DNA of 64,000 nt from assembly GCA_965223845.1 (NCBI GenBank), contig CBDCXR010000004.1, positions 6,560,001-6,624,000 of the forward strand. The letters run 5' to 3'. Made by a program: the position numbers and the translations under genes. The notes under the pieces are model-generated. The model saw only the letters and a program-made list of their open reading frames with translations. It searched no databases and was not told where the DNA came from. This document shows, one piece after another, positions 7,781 through 17,458 of this stretch; the first letter of the stretch is position 1, and every line of letters starts with the position of its first letter. This DNA comes from Planctomycetota bacterium. Its GTDB lineage: Bacteria > Planctomycetota > UBA8108 > SXIK01.

Positions 7781-10153
7781 CTACTTCTCCACCGTCCAGT
7801 AGTAGTCGGCGTCCGTCACGGTCGTCAGATACTTCTGATCACGGGCACGCATCCACTGGCCCACGTACGACTCATTCAAGATTGCGAACTCTTCGCCGTA
7901 GTGAATGACGTTTGAAACGGACGTGTCTTTCTTGCGGATTCGCCAGCGCTCGCTTTTGTAGCCCGGTTTGTAGTAGTAGAGCGAATCGGCCCTCCAAGTG
8001 CCGAGCAGGTTGTACGCTCCAACGCTTCGCTCGGTCGTCTTGATCTCGACCTCTGCTCCGTCCTTCAGAATGCCCGTGCCCCCGACGAATTCGAGACGGA
8101 TCGCGTTGTGACCGAGGCGAGGGTGGTACTCCTCTGCAGCCGCTGAGGCCACGTAGAACTCCTCTTGGGCGACGACGTAGAGCCCGTCTTGCGATCGCAG
8201 TTTTACCGCCTCGCCGAACGAGACGGGTTCGGTCGGAGTCGGCTCTCGGCTCTCGAGTCTCCAGACGAACTCGGCGTCCTCCGCGGACGTCAGAAATTCC
8301 CCGGTTCCGTATCGAGTGATGCACTGTCCCGGGAACGCGCAGCTGAGGAAGTAAACCCGTTCGCCGGAGTGGATCGTCGAATCCCCGCTCGCGTCGAATT
8401 TGTGGATGGTCCAATCGTCGTTGTTGTAACCGGGTTTGTAGTAGTAGAGCCTCTTCGTGAGTTTCCACGCGCTCAGCCGGTTGTACTTTCCCACGCTGCC
8501 CTCGGTCGTCTGGATTTGAACTCGCGCTCCGTCTTTGATCTCTCCCGCACTCCCGATCACGCGCATCGTCACGGGGCTTCCCGCGCCGAGACGCGGGTAG
8601 TACTCGGCTTCGCCGATCGACGCGATGATCGAATCTCCACCCTGAGCGACGAACTCGCAGCGATCACCGAAGCGGAGCGGGTTCCCTATCGGTGGCGGCA
8701 CCGGCTTCGCGATCGTTTCGCTGTACATCTCGGTCGCCTTGTCCGGCGGATTCGATTCGACGCCGGCCCAGGACGGGTACTGATAGTACGTGGCTTTGAC
8801 GCCGTCCGTCGGAGTCGTCCGGGCTAGATCGATGATCGCGAAGCCGTGGTTGTAGTATCCCTGGCTCGCGTCGAGTCGGTACTTCTCCGGATCCAAGTAG
8901 CTGATCTCTTTGTACGTGATCGCATAGGGATCCTCGGCGACGGTTTCCTCATACGCGCTCGCGCCGACCAGTCGCCCCTTCGCGAGACCGTAGAGTCCGC
9001 TCGCGTACAGGACTTGGTTGTGCTCGTGGCCCCAGTACCAGACCGCGATCTCGTCGGCGAAGTACGGCTGGAACGCGGCGAGAAGATACTCGTTGAGCCA
9101 GGGAGTGCTCGAATCGCGGATCGTCGAGTTTGCGGAAAACAATTGATGGTGAGAGAGGAGAATGGTCGCGCCGGGAAACTCCTTGAGACGGCCTCTATGC
9201 CAGGCGATCTCTGAAGGCTCGAGCCACGGCGCGCGCTGGATAATGGGGTTGTGGTCGTTGTACCCGGTGTCCATCCCCAGAAACTGCCAGCGGTCGTCTT
9301 CGGTGCGAAGGCAGAAGTAACTGGCTTCCTGTCGCCAGGACGCTTTCGCGTCGGAATGCTTCTTCGGATCGTTGATGCTGTCGAGCAGTGGATAGAAGCC
9401 TTTCCCCTTCGCGTAATAGTCGTGGTTCCCGGGGATCGTGAAGATCGGCACGCGCCGGCCGACTTCTGCGGAGACTCGATCGACGATCGCCGCGAAGTTA
9501 GCGTCTGTCTCCGCCGGAGTACCGGCGTAGTAGACGTCGCCGACGTGGATCACCGCGCTCACGTTGTAGTCACGGAGGACGCGCACGAAGATCTGAACCG
9601 CGTCGTCCATTCCCGTTGCCCAGTCCCCGATGATGGCGACTCGCGCGTCGTTCGGGAGCCGGTAGTCGACGACTCCGTACTTGGGATCGCCGTGTCCGTC
9701 GCCGAGCCAATCGCGATAGACGAGATCGAAATGGTCGAAGGCGAGATACTCGCCGAGGCACCTGATCCAGCCCTTGATGTCCGCGTCGCTGTATTTCCGC
9801 ACTTGCGCGTGAAGCTCCGCGACGCGAGCTCCGTCCCCACGCCGAGTCGCCTCGGCGAGCTCGTAGTACCGGTCCGATAGCGCCACTTGGATTTGGTGTC
9901 GTTGCTCTTCGGTCGCGTTCGCCTCCGCGGCGAGGAGCTCGGGCGAGACGGGCGGGATCGGCTCGTCGCGGTACGCAGCCTTCACGTGTGCCGTTGCGGC
10001 TCGCACGAGCGGATGGCTGTACACGTTCTCGGCTGGGTGCTCGTCGCCGGCGTCTCTGAGTTCCTTCCGGCAGACTTCTGCTACCGCCGATTGCCAGAGG
10101 GAAAGCGATGGGTCTCGAACGGTTCCGATGGGGCGCGGGGCGGGGTTCGACAT
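7781..10153 (-). CDS. Calcineurin-like metallophosphoesterase with two C-terminal repeated beta-rich domains
   Basis: GDWATG, HVGDVYYAG, IPGNHDYY, SHHQ, WGHEH motifs; repeat YPRLG...DGA.V.I.TTE.SVG.YN.L..W....LYYYKPGY occurs twice; GGGAGG RBS before ATG 10153. Confidence 0.85.
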   Translation of the reverse strand: MSNPAPRPIGTVRDPSLSLWQSAVAEVCRKELRDAGDEHPAENVYSHPLVRAATAHVKAAYRDEPIPPVSPELLAAEANATEEQRHQIQVALSDRYYELAEATRRGDGARVAELHAQVRKYSDADIKGWIRCLGEYLAFDHFDLVYRDWLGDGHGDPKYGVVDYRLPNDARVAIIGDWATGMDDAVQIFVRVLRDYNVSAVIHVGDVYYAGTPAETDANFAAIVDRVSAEVGRRVPIFTIPGNHDYYAKGKGFYPLLDSINDPKKHSDAKASWRQEASYFCLRTEDDRWQFLGMDTGYNDHNPIIQRAPWLEPSEIAWHRGRLKEFPGATILLSHHQLFSANSTIRDSSTPWLNEYLLAAFQPYFADEIAVWYWGHEHNQVLYASGLYGLAKGRLVGASAYEETVAEDPYAITYKEISYLDPEKYRLDASQGYYNHGFAIIDLARTTPTDGVKATYYQYPSWAGVESNPPDKATEMYSETIAKPVPPPIGNPLRFGDRCEFVAQGGDSIIASIGEAEYYPRLGAGSPVTMRVIGSAGEIKDGARVQIQTTEGSVGKYNRLSAWKLTKRLYYYKPGYNNDDWTIHKFDASGDSTIHSGERVYFLSCAFPGQCITRYGTGEFLTSAEDAEFVWRLESREPTPTEPVSFGEAVKLRSQDGLYVVAQEEFYVASAAAEEYHPRLGHNAIRLEFVGGTGILKDGAEVEIKTTERSVGAYNLLGTWRADSLYYYKPGYKSERWRIRKKDTSVSNVIHYGEEFAILNESYVGQWMRARDQKYLTTVTDADYYWTVEK

Positions 10154-10651
10154 CACAACCTCCCTGAGTGCGATCACGCGGCGTGCTAGCCCGGATTCCT
10201 CACCAGACCCTTGTGACGGCTCGCCGCTTCGCTCACCGAATCTGGAGATGGTTCGAACATCGATCCGCTGTCGATGCGGCCGAGAGGCGAGGATAGTCGA
10301 CACCTCCGAGGTTCGACGAACCCCGAATCTCGGGCCGCGAACTCAGGCGCCCGAAGTACGAGAGATGTTGTGACCCGAAGAGCGCACTGGCCTTAGCTCG
10401 AGTTTGGCCATGCCTCGGCGGCGCGACCGGCCTGAAAACCGGTATGTCCTCGGCGATCTCGACTTTCGAGACCCGCGACGTGATTCCGACGGGTGACGAA
10501 AGTCGGCGGCCGGCCCTTCAGGGGACGCCAGGATCGCCGATGCCATCACCGCGTTCAGTCGACGGTGGCCTCCAGCATCGCCTCCTTCTCGCCGTTTGTC
10601 CTCGGCGATCCTCGCGCCCTCGCGCTCACCGATTCATGACCAAACCCGAGC

Positions 10652-12151
10652 TTAGGCGATGATCTCCTCGATCACCTCGCCGAACTCCGACTCGAGACGT
10701 TTGTGTCCGGGGAGCTCGAGCGCGTGCGGGTCGAGTCCGAGGAGTCGGAGGACCGTCGCGTGGACGTCGGTTACGTAGTGCGGATGTTCTTCCGCGTGGA
10801 AGCCGATTTCGTCGGTCGTCCCGTGCGCGATGCCGCCCTGGATTCCTCCGCCCGCAAGCCACACGGAAAACCCGTAGGGATGGTGATCGCGACCGTTTCC
10901 GCTCTGCGATCCGGGCGTGCGGCCGAACTCCGTGGCGAACACGACGATCGTGTCGTCGAGGAGGCCGCGCGCGCTCAAATCTTCGAGGAGGCCGGCGATC
11001 GGCCGGTCGACTTGCGCGGAGAGCTTCGAGTGATTCGCCTTCAGGCCCGAGTGCGCGTCCCACGCACCGGCCGCGCCCGCGCCGTGCATGATCTGGACGA
11101 AGCGTACACCCCGCTCGATGAACCGTCTCGCGGCGAGGAGCTGCCGGCCGAACGGTCGCGTGACGTCGTGGTCGAGTCCGTAGAGTCGCTTGATTTCCGC
11201 GCTCTCCGTATCGAAATCGAGGGACTCGGGAACCGCCGCCTGCATGCGGAACGCGAGCGCGTACGAGCGGAGGCGCGCTTCGAGCTCGGCGTCGCCGGGG
11301 TACCGTTTCGCGCTCAGTCGTCCGAGTTTCGCGACGAGATCGAACTCGGCGCGCTGCTCCTCCGGCGAGAGATCGAGCTCGGGTCGGCCAAACTCGAGCG
11401 GGTTTTTCGGATCGACCTTGATGGTCACCGCGTCGTGCGCCGGACCGAGGTAGTGGCCGTCGCGGGTGTCGAAGTAGCGCGGTCCCATGTTGATGAACTG
11501 CGGGAGGTCGTCGTTGAGAGTGCCGAGTCCGTAGCTCACCCACGCCCCGAGCGTCGGAAAGCGACCGTCGAGCATGTGCCGTCCGGAATGAAACTCGACC
11601 TGCGCCCCGTGGTTGTCGTCGGTCGTGTACATCGATCGCACGAAGGCGATCTTGTCCGCCTGGCTCCCGATGTGCGGAAACCAGTCGCTGATCTCGATGC
11701 CGTTCTCGCCGTAACGCTTGAATCCGACCTGGAGCGGATAGAGGACGTTTCGCTGCTGTCCGTTCGCATCGTTCACGACGACGACGCGGACGCGTCCGAG
11801 CTTCTCGGGATCTTGGACCGAACGAAAGCGCGTCTCGCCAATCTTCTTCCCGGCATGGCGATCGAGCGCCGGCTTGGGGTCGAAGCTCTCCATGTGGCTC
11901 ACGCCGCCGCGCATGAAAAGCCAGATGACTCGCTTCGCCCGCGGACGGCGGTGCGGTTTCCCCGTCGGGGGGCGCCAGCTGTCTACCTCCGTGCTGCCCG
12001 CTCGCGCGTCGCCCGCGAGGAGCGCCTGAAACGCGATGCCGCCGAGTCCGGCGCCCAGACCGTGAAGAAATCGTCGGCGCGGGAGGGACGCCGGGCTGCG
12101 TTCCGCGCCGGGTGGATTCGCGAAGGGATCGATTCGGCGGTTCAGCTTCAT
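10652..12151 (-). CDS. DUF1501 domain protein (planctomycete, Tat-type RRxFL leader)
   Basis: [51 protein letters not shown]. Confidence 0.93.
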   Translation of the reverse strand: MKLNRRIDPFANPPGAERSPASLPRRRFLHGLGAGLGGIAFQALLAGDARAGSTEVDSWRPPTGKPHRRPRAKRVIWLFMRGGVSHMESFDPKPALDRHAGKKIGETRFRSVQDPEKLGRVRVVVVNDANGQQRNVLYPLQVGFKRYGENGIEISDWFPHIGSQADKIAFVRSMYTTDDNHGAQVEFHSGRHMLDGRFPTLGAWVSYGLGTLNDDLPQFINMGPRYFDTRDGHYLGPAHDAVTIKVDPKNPLEFGRPELDLSPEEQRAEFDLVAKLGRLSAKRYPGDAELEARLRSYALAFRMQAAVPESLDFDTESAEIKRLYGLDHDVTRPFGRQLLAARRFIERGVRFVQIMHGAGAAGAWDAHSGLKANHSKLSAQVDRPIAGLLEDLSARGLLDDTIVVFATEFGRTPGSQSGNGRDHHPYGFSVWLAGGGIQGGIAHGTTDEIGFHAEEHPHYVTDVHATVLRLLGLDPHALELPGHKRLESEFGEVIEEIIA

Positions 12152-12161
12152 CGGGATCTGG

Positions 12162-14552
12162 TCACCGCACGGTGACGAAGTCGTTGTGATTGACGAGGGC
12201 GTGGACGAGGCCCGCGCGTGCGCGCTCCGAGCGCGCAGCGTCGTTCTGTCCGGAGGCTACGCTCTGCAGTTCGGCGAAGGACTCGACGCAGGCAGCGAGC
12301 TCTTCTCGATCCGGTGACCGAGCGAGGACGGTCTCCCAGGCGATCTGGATGAACTCTGCGTCGTTCGCGGGCTTCTCGTCGCTTTCGATCCGGCGGGCGA
12401 TCTTCCGTGCGAGCTCGAGCGAAAGGTGGCTGTTCGAGAGCGCGAGCGCCTGCTGCGGGACGATCGTCGCCGGGCGGCGGTAGCAGGCGAGGATGTCGGC
12501 ATCGTCGAAGGCCGCGAGGAACCGCTCGCGACTGTCGCGCGAGTGAACGAAGTAGAGACTTCGTCGTCTCGTGGTTCTCGCCTGCTTCGTCGCGATCGAG
12601 GGACCGCCCTGCGACCGGTCGAGCTCGCCTGAGAGCGCGAGCAGGCTGTCTCGGATCGCCTGCGCCTCGAGCCGAACGGAATTCCGTCGCCAGTAATACC
12701 GATTCTCGGGGTCGGTTCTGAGACTCGCCTTCGGCGCTCGCCTCGTCTCGCTCGAAAGCTGATAAGCACGTGAGGTGACGAGGACGCGGTGGAGGTGTTT
12801 CAAGCTCCAGCCGTTCTCGACGAGCTCGACGGCCAGCCAATCGAGGAGCTCGGCGTGGAGCGGTCGCGCGGATCGCGTGCCGAAGTCCGTCACTTTGTCG
12901 ACGAGCGCACGGCCGAAGTGCCGGAGCCAAACATGGTTGACGATGACGCGGGCCGTGAGCGGGTTTCGCGGATGTACGATCCAGCGCGCAAATGCCGTCC
13001 GCCGACCCGTCGTCGTCTTCGGGTATGGCTGGCGTCGCGAGTCCACGGTCTCGTCGGGTCCCTCGAGAGCCTTCCACGACGGCCGTAGTGACGTGTAGTC
13101 GTCGCCTGATTGCTCGCGTCGCGCCTCGATGCGTGCGAGAGTTTTCTTGGCGTTCGCGAGCTCCTTCGCGGCCTTCGTCTTGACGTCGCCCTTCTCTTCG
13201 AGCGAGGCGCACGCGAGATCTCGTTCGGCTCGTGCGACGCCAAGTCGCGCCTCGGCGTGCTCGCTCTCTCGAGCCGCGCTCGCGGCACGCGCGACGAGAT
13301 CATCGACGGTGTCTCTCACGGGACCCGATTTCGCGACATCGGCGGCGTGTGCCGTCTCAAGGGCGCGCCGTCTCAGTTCCGCAGCACCGAGCTCGGCTTT
13401 CGCCACCGCGAGCTCGAGTTGGACGCGAGCAGAGGTCTCGCTCGATGCATCGTCGCTCGCGAGCTCCGTCGAGCGCTTCGCGAGGGATTCGAGTCGCTCG
13501 CGTGCCCGAGCGATCTCCGCGTCCGCCTTCGCGAGGTGATCGCGGAGGACGTGCGGGCGAAGCGCAGGTCGGTACGCCTCGACGGGGAGAGCTCTCGGCT
13601 GGGGAGCGAACGGGATCGGTCCGATCACCGCGGGAACGCCCGGTGCGATGACGCGGGACTTGTCCGGATCCTTCGCGTTCCCCCGAACGTGGAGATAGGT
13701 CGGCGAGTCGAGGTGGGCGTCGAACGCGCGCGGGAGGCCGTCCTTCTCGAGATCGACCTCCCCCGGTGCGGGGTCGAGACGTACTTGGTGCGGCTCGAAG
13801 ATCGCCCGAAGGCGGTAGTACTCGACCTGCGAAATCGGGTCGTACTTGTGGTCGTGGCACTTCGCGCAGTTCGCGGTGAGGCCGAGAAAGGCCTTCGCGG
13901 TGTGCTCGATGGTTTCGTCGAGCCACGTCGTCCGGTTGAAGAGGTAGTAGTTCCGCGCGAGAAAGCCGGTTGCCCGAACACGCCGCATGTCGGTCGGGGC
14001 GAGCTCGTCGGCCGCGAGCATGTCGAGAACCATCCGGTCGTAGCCGAGGTCTTCGTTCAGCGATTCGATGATCCAGTCCCGCCACCGCCAAATGTGTTTC
14101 TGGCTGTTGCGAAGCTGCGCGCCGAGTCCGAACCAGTCGGTGTAGCGCCAAAGATCCATGAAGTGCCGGCCCCAGCGTTCGCCGTACGCGGGGCTCGCGA
14201 GGAGGCGATCGACGACGCGCTCCCACGCGCGCGGATCTTCGTCGGCGACGAACGCTGCCACTTCGGCGCGCGCCGGCGGAACGCCGACGAGATCGAGGTA
14301 GACGCGCCGGAGAAGCACGGCGCGATCGGCCGTTTTGACCGGCTCGACCTCGTGCTCCGATTGCTTCGCACGCAGGAACGCATCGACGGGATGGTCGGCC
14401 CAGTCGGCGTCGCCGACCGCGGGAATCACGGCGCGTTCGGGCGGGACGAAGGCCCAGTGCGGTGATTCGCTAGCGCTCGATGGCCCGGACGCGACAGCGA
14501 CGTGAACAGCGACCGCGGCGAGGAACATGGTCCGTCTCATGACGCGGGTCAT
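12162..14552 (-). CDS. DUF1549 (PSCyt2) / DUF1553 (PSD1) domain protein
   Basis: [72 protein letters not shown]; start uncertain. Confidence 0.93.
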   Translation of the reverse strand: MTRVMRRTMFLAAVAVHVAVASGPSSASESPHWAFVPPERAVIPAVGDADWADHPVDAFLRAKQSEHEVEPVKTADRAVLLRRVYLDLVGVPPARAEVAAFVADEDPRAWERVVDRLLASPAYGERWGRHFMDLWRYTDWFGLGAQLRNSQKHIWRWRDWIIESLNEDLGYDRMVLDMLAADELAPTDMRRVRATGFLARNYYLFNRTTWLDETIEHTAKAFLGLTANCAKCHDHKYDPISQVEYYRLRAIFEPHQVRLDPAPGEVDLEKDGLPRAFDAHLDSPTYLHVRGNAKDPDKSRVIAPGVPAVIGPIPFAPQPRALPVEAYRPALRPHVLRDHLAKADAEIARARERLESLAKRSTELASDDASSETSARVQLELAVAKAELGAAELRRRALETAHAADVAKSGPVRDTVDDLVARAASAARESEHAEARLGVARAERDLACASLEEKGDVKTKAAKELANAKKTLARIEARREQSGDDYTSLRPSWKALEGPDETVDSRRQPYPKTTTGRRTAFARWIVHPRNPLTARVIVNHVWLRHFGRALVDKVTDFGTRSARPLHAELLDWLAVELVENGWSLKHLHRVLVTSRAYQLSSETRRAPKASLRTDPENRYYWRRNSVRLEAQAIRDSLLALSGELDRSQGGPSIATKQARTTRRRSLYFVHSRDSRERFLAAFDDADILACYRRPATIVPQQALALSNSHLSLELARKIARRIESDEKPANDAEFIQIAWETVLARSPDREELAACVESFAELQSVASGQNDAARSERARAGLVHALVNHNDFVTVR

Positions 14553-14617
14553 CTTACCGAGCGCGTCGGCCGCGCGGGACGATCTTCTCGCCCGCACTCG
14601 AGTCGGTGCGGCACGAT

Positions 14618-14659
14618 GAAGGGCCCCGAGAGGACGGATTCGTCCTCTCGGGGCCCTTC
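14618..14659 (-). terminator. Perfect 19-bp hairpin downstream of the dockerin gene cluster
   Basis: GAAGGGCCCCGAGAGGACG-gatt-CGTCCTCTCGGGGCCCTTC, 40 nt after the stop at 14700; no strong U tract. Confidence 0.65.
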
Positions 14660-14699
14660 GAGGTCATCGTCGACGGTGCGATTCGCCGGTCGAGAACGG

Positions 14700-17264
14700 T
14701 CAGCAGTTCGTATACGTACAGTCGAGCGCCGTCTCGTCCGCCTCCTGGCAGTCGACGCCGCCCACCGGCGGCTCACCGTCACCGAAGAGATTGTTGAGGA
14801 GGTTGATCGGGTCGGCGATGTTCACCGTGCCGTCGTCGTTGACATCCGCCGCTTCCTCGCAGGCGGGTGGGACGCCATCGTCCGCGAAGAGGAAATTGAG
14901 CGAGTTGATGGCGTCGGCGATGTTCGCCGTGCCGTCGTCGTTCGAATCTCCGCGGCGGAACACGATCGGGGGAACCTCCGAGTCGTTGACCTTGAAGTTG
15001 TCGTACGCGATGCGCTGTCCGTTGAAATAACTCCAGAACCCGATGTGGCCGACGCGGTACGTCGTGTCGAACACCTCGACCTTCCGTTCGCCATCGACAT
15101 CGAGCCAGATCTTTTCGTCGTCGACTCCGATCGTCCACGTCGTCCCGGGGTCGACATCGTCCGTGCCCGCGATGAGCGATGTCTCGACGCCGTCCGTCCA
15201 CACGCTGATGCGGTAGCCGTGGTCGGCCTCGCGATCGATCCAGTCGATCGAGTAGCCACTGTTCATCCCGCGGGGATTCGGCCCCGAGCCGAAGAAGAAG
15301 ATGCCGCCGTGGCGGCCGACGATGTCCCCGGGGTCGTTCAGAAACGAGACATCGACTTCGATCTTGAAGACCCCGCCGAAGCCGAGCGGGGGATCCCCGG
15401 CGTAGATCCAAGCTTCCGGCGCGGCCGGAACGTCGACGACGAGCGCGTCGTCGACGATCTGCCAGTCGCCCTCGACAATCGTCCAGTCGCCGAGATCGCC
15501 CGGCTCGCGATTGAAACTGTCCGACCAAAACAGGACTTCGTCGAAGACGCGAACCGTGCGTGAGGTCTCGCTCGTATTGCCCTCGCTGTCTTCGACGGTG
15601 AGTGTCGCGGTGTACGTATCTCCTGCCGTGTACTCGTGGGAGACTTGCGCCCCCTCGCCCATCGTGCCGTCGCCGAAATCCCAACGGTACGCGGTGATCG
15701 GGGTGGTCGCTTCGCTGCAGGATGCGTCGAACTCGACCGTGAGTGGCGCCGTGCCGGTTTCCGGAGTCGCGGTCATGCAGGCCGTGACCGGGACTTCCGA
15801 GAAGCGGAGATCGACGCGGTTCGCGAGAACCTGGGTGTTCGAGTACGCCCAAACGGAGAAGGCTCCGGCGCGGTACGTCCCGTCGGCGACCTCGACGACG
15901 AGCTCGTCGTCACCGAAGACGCGGATGAGTTCGCCTTCGACCTCGACCTTCCAGACGAGCGGCGGGTCGGCGATTTCGGGTGTGCCGACGTGAAGCGGAG
16001 TGTGCTCCCCGTTGTCGATTCGAATGAAGCGGAACCCGTGATCGTCGATGCGGTCGATCCAATCGATCGTGTATCCGCTCGTCGAGGCATCCCAGCGGTT
16101 GTTCGGCATCGACGCGAAAAACATGAGTCCGCCGTGCTTTCCGACACCGTCGTCCGGCGCCATGAACTCGAGCTCCACCTCGGCCGTCATGTTACCGCCG
16201 AATCGGAGCGGCGGTTCGCCGGCCCACGCCCACGCTTCGCCGCCCTCGACGAGATTGGTGAGGCGCTCGTCGATGAGCTCCCAGGTCCCCGAGAACGGCG
16301 TCCAGCCGGTCACGGGACCGTCCTCGCGATCGAATTCGTCCGAGAAATCGTCGGCGATCTCGAACACGGCGACGTCGATGGTCGTCTCGTCCGTGTTCCC
16401 CGCAGAATCTTCGACCGTGAGCGTCGCCACGTAGTTGTCGGCGAAGAGGTACTCGTGCGCGACCATCGCTCCCGAGCCGGTCTCCCCGTCACCGAAATCC
16501 CATTCGTACGAGACAATCTCGGTGGAGGTGGACGAGCAGCTCGCGTCGAAGTTGACCGTGAGCGGGGCGCCGCCCGTCGTGATGTCCGCGTTCGCGCACG
16601 CCTTGATCGCGGCCGGGGTGAAGTCGATGCTCAGCTCGTCGAGCGTCGTCTGCGTGTTGTTGGCCCACGCCCACGCACCGAAGTGTCCTTCGCGATAGGT
16701 GTCGTCGATCGCTTCGAGAATGAGCTCGTCGTCCCCGTAGATGAAGATCGATTCGCCCTCGATTTCGAAGCGCCACTCGCTCGGCGGATCGGGAAGCTCG
16801 AGCCCGCCCGTTCCCTGCGCGAGAATCGCGAACGAGCCACCGTCCCAGCGGATGAGACGCATCCCGTGATCGGCGTCGCGGTCGATCCAGTCGATCGTGT
16901 AGCCGGTGATGAGACCGTCGTTTCGGTGCGTCGGCGTCGACGCGTAGATCATGAACCCACCGTGACGACCAACGGGGAGCGGCGGATCGCCCAAGAACTC
17001 GACCGTCACGTCGGCGATGAGGTCTCCGGAGGTCACGATTGGAGGATCGCCCGCCCAGGCCCACGACTCCGCGCCCGCGCCGACGTTGAAGAGGCGTTCG
17101 TCGAGGATCTGCCACTCGCCGAGCGCAACCGTCCAGCCGGTCGCCTCGCCGTCGGCACGATCAAACGTGTCGACGAACTCCGGTTGTGCGTAAACGGAAG
17201 CCGTCAGAAGCCAGCTAAGAGCGGAAATACAGAACGCATGAGCGATCGTTCTTGAACGCATCAT
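14700..17264 (-). CDS. Secreted protein: 3 GRHxG/WIDR beta-sandwich domains, 2 PKD domains, dockerin
   Basis: Signal peptide ending AYAQ-like (SVYA-Q); PKD Y.WDFGDG twice; three FxDxFxR...GRHGG...WIDR...TYRxG repeats; FRRGDSNDDGTANIADAI dockerin. Confidence 0.88.
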   Translation of the reverse strand: MMRSRTIAHAFCISALSWLLTASVYAQPEFVDTFDRADGEATGWTVALGEWQILDERLFNVGAGAESWAWAGDPPIVTSGDLIADVTVEFLGDPPLPVGRHGGFMIYASTPTHRNDGLITGYTIDWIDRDADHGMRLIRWDGGSFAILAQGTGGLELPDPPSEWRFEIEGESIFIYGDDELILEAIDDTYREGHFGAWAWANNTQTTLDELSIDFTPAAIKACANADITTGGAPLTVNFDASCSSTSTEIVSYEWDFGDGETGSGAMVAHEYLFADNYVATLTVEDSAGNTDETTIDVAVFEIADDFSDEFDREDGPVTGWTPFSGTWELIDERLTNLVEGGEAWAWAGEPPLRFGGNMTAEVELEFMAPDDGVGKHGGLMFFASMPNNRWDASTSGYTIDWIDRIDDHGFRFIRIDNGEHTPLHVGTPEIADPPLVWKVEVEGELIRVFGDDELVVEVADGTYRAGAFSVWAYSNTQVLANRVDLRFSEVPVTACMTATPETGTAPLTVEFDASCSEATTPITAYRWDFGDGTMGEGAQVSHEYTAGDTYTATLTVEDSEGNTSETSRTVRVFDEVLFWSDSFNREPGDLGDWTIVEGDWQIVDDALVVDVPAAPEAWIYAGDPPLGFGGVFKIEVDVSFLNDPGDIVGRHGGIFFFGSGPNPRGMNSGYSIDWIDREADHGYRISVWTDGVETSLIAGTDDVDPGTTWTIGVDDEKIWLDVDGERKVEVFDTTYRVGHIGFWSYFNGQRIAYDNFKVNDSEVPPIVFRRGDSNDDGTANIADAINSLNFLFADDGVPPACEEAADVNDDGTVNIADPINLLNNLFGDGEPPVGGVDCQEADETALDCTYTNC

Positions 17265-17458
17265 CGAAAAGCCTCCATCGGGCCCCTGCCCAACCGATCG
17301 GTAGTAACGATTCTCACCACCCCTCCAGGCTACGAGCCGCTCCCGCCGGCGACAATGATTCTCGCGCTAGAAAGGCGAAGCGCGCGAACGAATCGGCGAC
17401 CCGAACGCCGGCCGATCGGGTCGCCGATTCGCTCACTGAATTCGTTCAAGAATTCGAA

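Noticed and set aside
10652-14552. DUF1501 + DUF1549/DUF1553 pair as a novel system
   Set aside because: Well-known, highly expanded planctomycete gene pair
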